Part shown: piece after piece, positions 11,671 to 22,521 of the stretch
Position numbering within the stretch: the stretch's first letter is position 1
Layout of the letters: each line of letters starts with the position of its first letter
NCBI GenBank assembly: GCA_047637875.1
Contig: JBLJBH010000038.1
Location: 1,969-65,968, forward strand
Length of the DNA: 64,000 bases
DNA from: Patescibacteria group bacterium
GTDB lineage: Bacteria > Patescibacteriota > Gracilibacteria > BD1-5 > UBA6164
Reading direction: 5' to 3'
Made by a program: the position numbers and the translations under genes
Notes under the pieces: model-generated
Database searches by the model: none
What the model was told of the DNA's origin: nothing
The model's input: the letters and a program-made list of their open reading frames with translations, nothing else

Positions 11671-13608
11671 TTAATCTGTAATAAAGTAGTGTTTATCTTT
11701 TTTAAATAAGTATAAAAATATAATATCATTAATTTTTTTTCTAAAAATAAAATTTTTTAGATGAACTCATAAAATAATATATAAGATAAGAAAGAAAAAA
11801 GATATAAAATATAAAATTCATTCCCATAAATCCCAATTTTTTAATATAGGTGGTATAATGAAAATAACAAATAAACTACACAAAATAATAAAAATAATAA
11901 ATGAAATAACCCACGATAATATTCAAGCAATTTTTATATTTTTATTTTTTAACTTTTCCAATATATCTTTATTTTTTCTTTGTTTTTCTTCTTCTAATTT
12001 TTTTTCAATTTCAGATTTATGTCATTTTTTTACTTCCTCTAAAATCTCATTATGAATTGTAATTTCTAAATTCTTTTTAGATTTATCAATATTTGTAAAA
12101 ATAATATTTTTATCTATTTTTTCTCAAACTGAAATTGTTAAAAGTTCATTTTTTATTTCATTAGAAGAAATCAAGAGTGCAAAATCTTCATCTGTAATTT
12201 CTTTTTTTTCAACCATTTCATAACACAAAGCATAAAAGTTATTCCAAACATCTTTATTTATTAATCAATATGAAGTTAGTCATACAAAAACTGTTTCTAA
12301 TGGAATATCACTAGACCAATCAGGTTTTTTTAACCATAGGTAATTACTAAGATAATCTGGCAATATTATATTTGGTATTTTTTTGAAAAAACTTTTTTCA
12401 TTTATTTTACAATCAGCATTAAATAATCTTTTATCAGAGGTTAAAAAAATATATTTTGATTTTTCTAATAATCTTGGTGAAGAACTTCACCTTAAAAATT
12501 TAATAGACTCAATTGCATAAATATCGTGTTTTTTTGAATGGCGGGGTTTATGATTTATTTCTTCCTCATAATCATCTTCATTATAATCTAATTTACTAGT
12601 TTTTTGTTCATAAATCTCTACTCAAAATTTTTGAATAAGTATATTTTCAATTTTATATGTTAATTGTAATATATCTGATGTACCATATCATAAATTTTTG
12701 AAATTTTGGTAAATAGAGGCAACATTATATCATTTAAAATATTTATCTTTTTCAGTTTGGAAATTCTCTAAAACATTTATTGTCTCATCAATAGTAAATG
12801 TAAAAACTTTTACAGATATTCCTCTTTTTTGCATTAATTCTAATAATTCAAACGATGATTTTTCAAGTTCTTTTCAATGTCATCAAATTAATGAGAAAAT
12901 AATATTAGTATCTAAAAAAACTGTTAATGAATTTAAATTATACTCATTATTCACATCTTTAATTAAATTTTCTTTTGTAATTAAAGAACAAAGTAAGGCT
13001 CAATATACAATATTTTTAATTAGATTTTTAAATTCTAAATTATTATTAAGTTGATTTACAACAAATCTTGAAATTCAAACCTTTAAAACATTATCAACTC
13101 AATCAAGTTTTCAATTGATATAACTTTTACTAAAAGGAGAAAAAAATTCAAAAAAATTATAAAAATTATTATTTATAATATCTTGTAATGTTTTATATAT
13201 TATATCATCTTCATATCTAATATTATTATCTTTATATATATATAATCTAATAGACTCAAAAAGTCTTTCTAACTCAAAATATATATCCTTATTTAAATCA
13301 ATTGAGTCAATTTTCTCTTTTTTTCATTTCTCTGTTAATTGAATTATATCAGATTTTTCGTCATAAATAATTTTATTTTGTTTATCAAGTTTTTTTAATA
13401 TGTCTTTAATTGTGAAATTTGGTATATTTAAATAATACCTATTCTTTATATCATTTTGAATTTTTTTTAATTTAGTTCAATTAATTATATCAATAGAATT
13501 CATAATAAAAGGAAAAAAAGTTTCAAGATAACTTTTCTTTCATTCATACAGTGTTTGCATCATTGAATAAGTATAAAAATCTCTATATCAAATCTTACTA
13601 TTAGACAT
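11671..13608 (-). CDS. PIN-like domain protein with two C-terminal transmembrane helices
   Basis: 645 aa, verified codon by codon. TVFLDTNIIFSLIG (PIN strand 1 Asp) and YIFLTSDKRLF (PIN T-x-D). C-terminal hydrophobic segments ILSWVISFIIFIILCSLFVIFII and ILYFISFFFLILYIIL. Confidence 0.55.
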
Positions 13609-13637
13609 AAAATAAAATTAAAAATTAAACGTTTCTT

Positions 13638-15962
13638 CTATTTAACATATAAACTCTTTTGTAACTCATAATAAGCATTTTTTAACTCCTGCATTCACCC
13701 GAAAGTTTCTGCAATTTCCCTTGGTTGACCTTGGTTAAAGAGAGCAATTTTACTTGCTAGTCCATCTTTTCTAAATTCTAAAATTCCATTTTTTACATAA
13801 AGTCCCAACAAAAACTCTAAAAATTCTTTCGCTTTTAGACTTTGGTATTTTTCCACTGTTTCCTCTCAATACTGAGACCTTTCAGCCCTAAATTTAATAT
13901 CACTGTTAAAAGATATATGAGCCAAAATATCAAAAATATCAGACTTTTCAGCTTCAAACATCTTTTTTAAATCTTCCAGTTGCTCACTATCAAGTCAAAT
14001 ATTTGCTAAATTTTGAAGTAATTCTTCTCTGGTTTCAGGATTAGACCATAACATCCTGAGTTGATGTTCATCCTGGTAAATACTTGGTAAATCTCCAATA
14101 ATTCTTTTTAAAAAATCATTTGAATTTAAATGTTTCCCAGTCGTTGGGTCAAGATATCTCGTCTCAATATCAATAACTTTTACTTCTCTATTTGGTGCGA
14201 GTTTTACCACTAATCTTTCTTTTTTTTCAAAATCATTTTCTTTCGTATCTGTTGGGAAATCTTTTTTGGTATTTGGTCTGTATTCTTCTTTTTTTACTTC
14301 TACTTCATTAGATAAATCCTCTTCTGGTCATCCATCCCAAAGTTCATCACTAAAATCATTAGTAGCTCCAACAAAATCATAAATAGTGAAATAATCTTTT
14401 CCATCAAAAAGTCTTGTTCCTCTTCAAACAATTTGTTTGTACTCTACAATACTTCCAATATTTCTAACGAGTATAATATTTCTTACATTGAGTGCATCCA
14501 CTCAGGTAGTCAGCATTTGAGAGCTTGTTAAAATCACTGGAATATCTTTATCGTTGTCCTGAAATCTTTCGAGATATTTTCTTCATATTTCTCCTTCGTT
14601 ACTCGTCACACGAACACAATAATCTGGGTCTTTTACTTCTTTATACTTATTTATACTGTCTCTAATTCTCAGTGCGTGACCTTGGTCTACACAGAAAATA
14701 ATAGTTTTATCCATTTTGTTTATTTGTTGTAATATCGTTTGAGCAATTAAATCTGACCTTTCATCGATTATAATCTCTCTTTCCATATCTTTTGTGTAAT
14801 ACACTTCTTTTTTTATTTCTCACGAAACGACTTTATCTCAACTATTTAAAACTAATTCATCAATATTAAGTTTAATTCTTTTGATTTTAAACGGAGTCAG
14901 AAATCAGTCATCTATTCAAGTTTTTAGTGAATATTCATAAATTGGATTTCAAAAATACTTGTAAGTATCAACATTATCATTTCTTTTTGGTGTTGCCGTA
15001 AGTCCGATATGAACAGCAGAGTCAAAATATTTCAAAATCTCAGCCCAATTTCCGTCTTCTCTAGCTCATCATCTATGACATTCATCAATTATGATAGCAT
15101 CAAAAAAATCCCTATCATATCTATTGTAATAGGCTTCTAGTGTTTCACTAGGGTCATCTTCTGATACTCATCCTGCCAAAGCTTGATAAATAGCAAAGAA
15201 AATATTTGCGTTCGTTGGAACTTTTCATCATCTTTTTTTGATTTCAGTTCCGTTGATTTTGATGATATCTTTTTCCAAAGGATTAAAAGTATTCATTGCT
15301 TGGTCTACAAGGATATTTCTATCAGCCAAAAATAAAATTCTTGGTCTTCTCACTCATATACCATCTTTCGACCATCTTGCATTGAATAGTTTATAAACCG
15401 TTTGAAATGCAATAACGGTTTTACCAGTTCCAGTTGCAAGAGTGAGTAAAATCCTATTTTTTCAGTCTCAAATAGACTCCATTATCTTATTTATAGCAAT
15501 CTCTTGATAATATCTTGGTTTTCTTTCTGATAAATAAAATGGTTCTTGGAGTAAAGTTTCTTTTGTTTGATTGATTTCAGAAAATACTTTATTATAGAGT
15601 TCTTCTGGTGTTGGATAATTATCGATGTAATCACCTTTTCCAGTTTTTAGGTCAAATTCATAGGTTCTTTTTCAGTTTGATGAATATACAAATCTTAGAT
15701 TTAAAATACTCCCATATTCTTTTACTTGCTCTAAACCTTCTGTTGGTTCTAAACCTACCTTTTTAGCTTCAATAATCGCTAATTTTACTCATTTATAAGT
15801 CAAAACATAGTCAGCAAATTTTTGCTTTCCTCTTTTTCCTCAAAGCCCAATCCTTCCATCAGTAAAAGAATGTTCTCTGATGATATTGATATCATTCCAA
15901 CCATTATTTTTTAGTTGTGGGTCTATATAATTTGCTCTTGTATCGCTTTCTGAATATGACAT
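13638..15962 (-). CDS. hsdR: type I restriction-modification system, endonuclease subunit R
   Basis: 774 aa. LATGTGKT, IIIDECHRG, GLTATPKR and QIVGRGTR helicase motifs, plus an N-terminal nuclease region. In frame with track ORFs 13995-14210 and 14583-14804. Confidence 0.93.
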
Positions 15963-16046
15963 TTTTTATTAATTAAACAATATGAAATATATTTTGTTTA
16001 TTATAAGAAAAAAGTATTTTTTTCAAAATAAATTGATTTTTGGCAT

Positions 16047-16088
16047 AAAAAAGACCTCTAAGAATGTATCTCAGAGGTCTTTTTTTTA
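16047..16088. terminator. bidirectional hairpin terminator upstream of hsdR
   Basis: AAGACCTCT..AGAGGTCTT with an A-run on one side and a T7 run on the other. Confidence 0.7.
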
Positions 16089-16260
16089 CTTATTGGAGTT
16101 GGAAATATACCATCTTACCATATATTCGATGGTTTTACTTCTTTGAAGCCTAGAATAATATGGTCAATATATCTTTTTACTCTCACTATCAATCTTTCAC
16201 AATAAATTTTCGTCCACATTTAAACTAATCTTTTTCTTAATTCAAAACATAATATAAAAA

Positions 16261-16479
16261 TTATAAGGTAAAATTGTCATTTATTGAGATTTTCTCTCCG
16301 TTCCTTAATCAGGAAACTTTGTAATTTATCACAATTTTTCCATTTTGATTGAGTTTACTCACCAAATTGATATTAAAACTTCACAAGTAAAAATATTTAC
16401 TTATATCTATTAAAATCTTATTCACTTCCTCTTTAGTCAAGACTCTATTGGTTCTTGCAACATTATTCATATTTCCCAT
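16261..16479 (-). CDS. hypothetical small protein (72 aa)
   Basis: ATG (complement of 16477-16479) to TAA with two in-frame TGA. No motif recognised. Confidence 0.35.
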
Positions 16480-16597
16480 AATTATAAAAATTAAAAAATA
16501 AAAAGCTTTCGCAAAAAGAATACACACTTCCATTTTCGGTTCTTTTTTTATGATTTATCTATGTTTTTAATTCAAAAATACCAAATTAGGTATCAGA

Positions 16598-16716
16598 TTA
16601 GGTATAAATGTAGTATTACATTTATATTATTAAATATCGGTATAAAAATAGGTATTGAGTTAAATGATGAACTTAAGTGGTGACATCGGTGCAAATGTAG
16701 TATTACATTAATATTA
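16598..16716. repeat. two ~30-bp direct repeats with an identical 17-bp core AAATGTAGTATTACATT, plus GGTAT iterons
   Basis: Cores at 16606-16622 and 16693-16709 (87 bp apart). Each core is itself an inverted repeat, AATGTA-N4-TACATT. (A/C)GGTAT recurs four times between 16587 and 16655. Confidence 0.55.
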
Positions 16717-16860
16717 CAGTGATACTAATTTTGAAAAACTTTTGATTTTTTTTTAATATAAATTAAATTTAGTCACTTAAAAAAAGAAAATAAAAACGAA
16801 AAAAGTTTCTTTTTAATTTTTATTAAAATATATAAAAATTTAATATTTTCATTCTTCTCA

Positions 16861-16900
16861 AAAGACCTACTTAGAAAAATCTCAAAGTAGGTTTTTTTTT
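16861..16900 (+). terminator. orphan plus-strand hairpin with T9 run upstream of the rep gene
   Basis: ACCTACTT..AAGTAGGT followed by TTTTTTTTT. No plus-strand ORF precedes it. Confidence 0.6.
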
Positions 16901-17046
16901 GGTTATCAATTTTTTCATAAAACTACCAATAATAATAAAAAGCTCTATTTAATAAGTAAAACTAGGATTTTAAAAAATACGATATTCAGTGTGATACCAA
17001 ATATGTGTGTTGTTTCTTGTAGTTTATTTTTTAACCACATATAATT

Positions 17047-18804
17047 ATGAAAAACTGCAAGAAAGGTGATGCTACTTTAAGTATCGAAAATAATGCTAAC
17101 TACATTACTGAAAGAAGAATAAATCCTGAAGATTGTATATTATTTGTCAAAGATATGCAAACTGATGAATTTAGTTATATCGAGGAAAAATATATTACCT
17201 CTCAGATTGAGAATAATAATTTATATTTTCTTGTTAATTGATATTTGTTATGAAAAAGAAATGAGTCAAAATTGAGAAAAATATATGCTCTATGATTTGA
17301 TGTTGATACTTTAAAAGAATGAATAAGTGATAACGAATTATTCACTAGATTAGAAGAAATCGAAGAAGAATATTGATTAAGAGCTCATATAATCAATAAG
17401 ACTGGATGATGATATCATATTTATTATTTAATGGAAAAAACACCATATTTACCATTTAAAAAAGAATTTGATAAAATTTACGAAAGATTAATGAAGGATT
17501 TATCTGCTGATGAGGATTTTAGCTGGAAGGTAGGAATATTAAAAGTAGTTTGATGATATGATTTTAGAAGAAAAACTTGGATTATAAATATAAGAAATGA
17601 GTTTCATAATAATTATAAAATTACTGATTTTAATAAAATTACTGGAGATGAAGTATTTAAAAAATATGAAAAGATGAATTTTTCAGATGAATTTAGAAAA
17701 ATAGATGAGGAAGAGTTGAATTTGAAAAAAAGAATTAACAGTTATGTTTATAAAATAAATGATATTCCTTTTCCTATTATTTTAGAAAAATTAAATCAAA
17801 TATGATTTAAAATTACTATAATAAATAATAGAGTTCATATTGAAGGGAATGAATGACACGCAAAAGCATTATATTATCACGATAATACTGAAAGAGTTGT
17901 TGATTATGCGAGAAAAAATAGAATAAAAATATGAGAAACATCAAGAGGCTGAAATTATGGATTTTTATATTATATTTTTTCTATAGCAGACTCATTGAAA
18001 AACAAGGATTTGGAAGTTATTAAAGATAAAAAACTTATAAAAGATGAAATCAGGAAATTTGTTTGAAAATATTTTAATATCTACTATAGAAATCCAGATA
18101 ACTATATCAATACAAACAAGTTGATTTACAATGAATTTTTAAATGGAAAAGTAAGTTTTGATGAAATGGATAAAAGTTTTTTACTTGAAAATAATATCAT
18201 CAATAGTAATTATAAACTTTCTAGTATTTCAAAATTTGTATTATTAAATATTTTGAAGTGAAGCGAAATAGATATGAGCTGATATTTTAAGAATAAAACT
18301 ATTTATGAATTATTATCTTCCTCATCATTAAAGGAAAGTAATATAAAAAAACAAAATAAAAAATATAAATTAGTATTATTATGTTTATCAAAAATATATA
18401 AGGATATTTGCACTATCTCAAAAGATACTGAGAAAATAAGAGTTTTTTTGATTTCTGATTTAATTGAAGAAAATTATAGATTTTCATTCACTTTACTTAA
18501 AAATTACTTTAAACTTCAAAAATTTGAAAAATATATTTATAGAGGTATTTATATCTGATTTATTAATAACAAAAAACTAAATATTGAGAAACTAGATTTA
18601 TATTTTTACTTATTAAATCGTATTATTAATAAAACTGAAAAAATTAGCCTTGAGAGAGTATTAAAAGAGTTTTGATGACAAACATATCTAACAAATAAAA
18701 GTCTTTCTAAAAGTAATATTATTCGTGATATAAAGATATTTAAAAGCTTTCTAACGACTACTAATAGAAAGATAGATATTTGAAAAGATATGATTGTTTT
18801 TTAA
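17047..18804 (+). CDS. putative replication protein with an N-terminal AEP primase-polymerase-like domain
   Basis: 585 aa, verified codon by codon. ALGFDVD (D-x-D motif I) and KTGGGYHIYYL (G-x-G-x-H motif II). Confidence 0.6.
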
Positions 18805-18997
18805 AAAAAAGAAAGTGGAAATTAGTTTATATTTTTAGATAAAAAAGTAGAAAAATGTTTATATTATTTTACTTGATTATCCTCTTATTATAGACAGAAG
18901 TAAGAGAACTATTTATTCCAATATAAAAGAAAGAGGTTGATATATTTATAAATATCACTATTACTTATATAACATTTTATATTCTAATTAAAAAATT

Positions 18998-19459
18998 ATG
19001 ACAAAAATAATTGATATTATTGAAACAAATACATTTAAGGAGTTAAAAGAAAGAAAAATAAATTGAGAAGAATGAATTATATTTTATGATGACGAAAATA
19101 TATACTCTCCAGATGATGAATTAATTGAATGGCTAATAATTAATCCTGAAAATCCTGAACGCTATACATATCGTTATATATTAAAAAGCTCAATTCTCGG
19201 AGAAGAAATAGAAAAAGCTACTACTAAAAAATATTGAAAATATTGTAGCTGGAATAGTAACTTATATTCTGAAACGAAAGATAAAATTTACAAAGTATTT
19301 TATGATGATGAATTATATGAAAATGAAAAGGAAAATGAATATATAGAAATTATAAAAAATGCTAATAAAAAATTGGAAGATATAAAATATGCATATTCGT
19401 ATGAATGAAGTGAGACTTATAATATAGATTATTATTTTAAATTAAGTGATTTTTTATAA
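18998..19459 (+). CDS. hypothetical protein (153 aa)
   Basis: Continuous frame with TGA=Gly. No motif recognised. Confidence 0.55.
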
Positions 19460-19538
19460 TAAAAACTTAGCGACTCATAAATAAACAGTGTGTTAATAAA
19501 TGTAGACTTCTACATTTTATTTACTAACTTTTTATATT

Positions 19539-19997
19539 ATGAGTAAAAAAGACATTACTATTACTGAAATAACAGAAAATTACTTTTTACGTGAGAATAA
19601 AAAAATTAAGATTGTATTCAGCTATGACTACTTTCAAGACTTTATCCAAAGAAATTGACTTGAGGAAATTTTCCTAAAAAAACTTCATTTAGAATGATTT
19701 GACTTTGACATTGTAAAAATATCAAACCTAGATTTTAATCTTGATTTGGATAATACCGATTTTATTAATAAATTAAGAAATTATAAAGACCACTATATCT
19801 CAGAATGATTACTCTACTTGGGGAATGATAAGTCAAAAAGATATTGATTTTTCTTTTTTCCTGACTATCTAAAAAACTGAGAAATGAAAAATGATTTTTT
19901 AAAAATAAAAAGCACTGAAAATATTGATTTAACTGAATATGCAACTTTTAATTGATTGTATAACAGGGCTGGTGTTGTAATAGCATTAAAGATATAA
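19539..19997 (+). CDS. hypothetical protein (152 aa)
   Basis: Continuous frame with TGA=Gly. No motif recognised. Confidence 0.55.
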
Positions 19998-20010
19998 GAG
20001 TAATACGATA

Positions 20011-20051
20011 AAAAAGAGACTATTGGACTAAAATCCAGGTCTCTTTTTTTT
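20011..20051 (+). terminator. rho-independent terminator
   Basis: AAAAGAGAC..GTCTCTTTT followed by a T-run. Confidence 0.75.
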
Positions 20052-20128
20052 GTGCTTATTTTTTTAAAAACAATTTTAGCCCCAATTTGTGTGTATTCCT
20101 TTGTATTTTATTTTTTAACAATTTATAT

Positions 20129-20272
20129 ATGAAAAAAATACAAAGAGAACAAACATTAGCAACTACTAACAGCAATAAAGTTAGTGAAAATATACCTAAT
20201 AAAAAAGAGGTTAAAAAAGATTATAATAGACTGCTTGATTTAGTATTAGCATTAGATGAAATCAAAAAATAA
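20129..20272 (+). CDS. hypothetical small protein (47 aa)
   Basis: Internal ATG of track ORF 20087-20272. Weak. Confidence 0.3.
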   Translation: MKKIQREQTLATTNSNKVSENIPNKKEVKKDYNRLLDLVLALDEIKK

Positions 20273-20563
20273 TTATAAATACTTTTTAAGCAACTTTTCA
20301 TCATATTTTTTTCAAATAAAATCCATATTGAAATAAATAATACTTTTAAATAGAGAAAATTTAACTTTAGAAATTGCCAAAAAAAGTTGTTCAAAAGTTA
20401 CTCAAATCGATGCTCCATTTCTGAAATTTAGAAAAAAGTTATAGAAACATCTATAGCTTTTTTTGTGTAAAAGAAAAGGGAATTAAATGGAGGTTTTTTA
20501 TGAAATAAAAATAAAACTGCGATGAATAAGAACAATTTTAACGGATGACCGACCCGAAGGGCG

Positions 20564-20590
20564 TTAATTCCCGTTAATGGCTTCATTTTA
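20564..20590. repeat. attR: right copy of the tRNA-Thr 3'-end repeat (core 20566-20581)
   Basis: AATTCCCGTTAATGGC is identical to 4053-4068. Upstream AGGGCGTTAATT is a degenerate copy of the T arm. No tRNA 5' half is present. Confidence 0.65.
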
Positions 20591-20595
20591 AAATA

Positions 20596-20624
20596 AAAAA
20601 AGTATCTTGTAAGATGCTTTTTTC
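20596..20624. terminator. bidirectional hairpin terminator (marR 3' end and original tRNA terminator)
   Basis: AAGTATCTT-GT-AAGATGCTT with flanking A-run and T-run. Confidence 0.6.
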
Positions 20625-20635
20625 TGTATCAAGTA

Positions 20636-21064
20636 TTATTTCCATAAAAATTGTGTACCAATTTCTTTGAGTAATTGTGTAGTATTTTCTAATTCTTTTG
20701 TTTGTTTTTGTGTTATTTTATCATCGAGTTGTTCTTGCATTCTAATAAGAGCATCATCTAATTGTTTTTTTCCTCCAGATGCAATGCTCACTAAGCTTAC
20801 TCTTGCATCATTTGGATTTACTTTTTTCTCTACCAAACCTATTTTTTCCATAGGCAGTAAGAGTCTTGTAATTCCTGAAGCTGTAAGTCCAACCTTTTCT
20901 GCTAAATCTATTCTACGAAGGGTTTGTTCAGGTGCATTATGCAAATGATAGAGGACTATAAACTCATTGAGTCAGAGAAGTCATAGGGAAGAGTCAAAAT
21001 ATTTGCTTAGAATCATATTTAGTTTTGAAATATGAAGGATAAAATCGAGTTTGTTATTTCACAT
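20636..21064 (-). CDS. MarR-family transcriptional regulator
   Basis: 142 aa. wHTH RIDLAEKVGLTASGITRLLLPMEKIGLVEKKVNPNDARV. Extends track ORF 20636-20944 through three TGA codons. Confidence 0.85.
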
Positions 21065-21080
21065 AATAATATAAGTTAAT

Positions 21081-21128
21081 AAATAAATTGAATAATACTT
21101 GATTACTCAAATAATATTCAATTTATTT
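21081..21128. promoter_or_regulatory. 14-bp inverted repeat just upstream of marR (candidate operator)
   Basis: AAATAAATTGAATA (21081-21094) and TATTCAATTTATTT (21115-21128), starting 17 nt from the marR start. Confidence 0.4.
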
Positions 21129-21168
21129 TATTTGTCAAAAGTTTTTAAAAAGCATCATTGTGATGCTT

Positions 21169-22350
21169 TTATTTTACTATTTCTCCTGGGAGAGTGAAAC
21201 TATCATTTTCTATAATTCTTCCTGGGTAGGTCATGGTTTTTATTCAGGTTTTTGTATTATCTCAGATAATGACTCAAAGTTTATGAAGTCATGAGTCAAC
21301 AAGTTTTTCTTTTACCATAACTTTTATATTTACTTTGTCGTGTCTGAGATTGGCTGTAATCATTCCTCCTCAGATATTTACATTATTTCCTAAAATACTA
21401 TCTCAAATATAACTCAGATGAGCCACATTTGTTTTATTTCATATAGCAGTATTTTTTATCTCAACAGCATTTCATATATGACAATTATCTCAAATAATGG
21501 TTGATCATCTCAAATACGAATTTGGCCCAATTGAAGTATTTTTTCCGATATAAACATTTCATTCTATATAAGTTCCAGATTTAAGTATTGCTCATTCTTC
21601 TAAGATAATATTTCCTTTTATCGTAACTCAATTTTCCACCGTTCATTTTATTTCACTTGTTTTTAATTTATCTAAAAAATATTTATTTGCTGCTAAAATA
21701 TCCCAAGGGTATCAAACATCGATAAATGCTCAAGAAATCTCTCTGAGCTCAAATTTATAGTGTTTTAAAAAGGTGTTAATACTATCAGTAATTTCGTATT
21801 CTCATCTTTTTGAAAGAGGAATATTTTTTGATATTTCTATAATTTCTTCATTGAATTTATAGACTCAAAGATTTGCTAAATCTCAGATAAAAGTTTCTGG
21901 TTTTTCCACTATTTCTGTAGCAAATCAGTTTGAATCTTGTTTAAATACTCAGTATTTTGAAGGATCTTCTACTTTTTTTACTAAAGCTCAATATCAATTT
22001 AGTTTTATAATAGTTTCTAAATCTTTTTTATCAAAAATAGAATCTCCGTTGAGTATCAAAATATCATTTTTTCAGATATTTATTCCTCTAATAGCAGCTG
22101 CTGTTCATTTTTCATCTGATTGTTCTATGTAGGTAATTTTTGTATTTTTATAATCATTTCATAGTTTTTCTATAATGACTTCTTTTTTGTATTTTACCAC
22201 AATAATTATTTCATCAACATATGTATAAATACTTTCCAGATTGTGTTCTAGAATATATTTTCCAAATATTGAAATGAGTGGTTTTGGAGTTGTATTTGAA
22301 AGAGGTTTTAAACGAGTTCATTCTCAGGCTGCAAGGATTATAGCTTTCAT
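21169..22350 (-). CDS. sugar-1-phosphate nucleotidylyltransferase with a C-terminal left-handed beta-helix (GlmU-like)
   Basis: 393 aa. MKAIILAAGEGTRLKPLS..PKPL N-terminus. Hexapeptide repeats (IGKNTSIGPNS.., IGDNCHIGNAV..) in the C-terminal half. Confidence 0.85.
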
Positions 22351-22521
22351 ATAATTTGTTTAAAAAATATTTTTTTAAATATAATTTTATTTACTAAAAA
22401 TGCAATGTTTTTTCTTTTGACTTTATAAATTTATATTTATAATAAGCTCTTATTTTTTATCTATAATAATATGTCAGAACAATTTTCTTGATACGAAACT
22501 GAAGCTGCACAATCAGCTTTT

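Larger units (their letters stand above)
4053..20581. mobile_element. ~16.5 kb integrative element (defence island) in the 3' end of tRNA-Thr
   Basis: tRNA 3'-end duplication at both ends. Recombinase gene abuts attL. Cargo is a primase-like rep gene, a type I R-M with embedded Abi-like genes, and hypotheticals. Housekeeping-type genes resume outside. Confidence 0.65.

Noticed and set aside
20541-20584. A second tRNA gene or tRNA pseudogene at the right end of the island.
   Set aside because: Only the T-arm and acceptor 3' strand are present. There is no D arm, anticodon arm or 5' acceptor strand. It is best explained as the att duplication.
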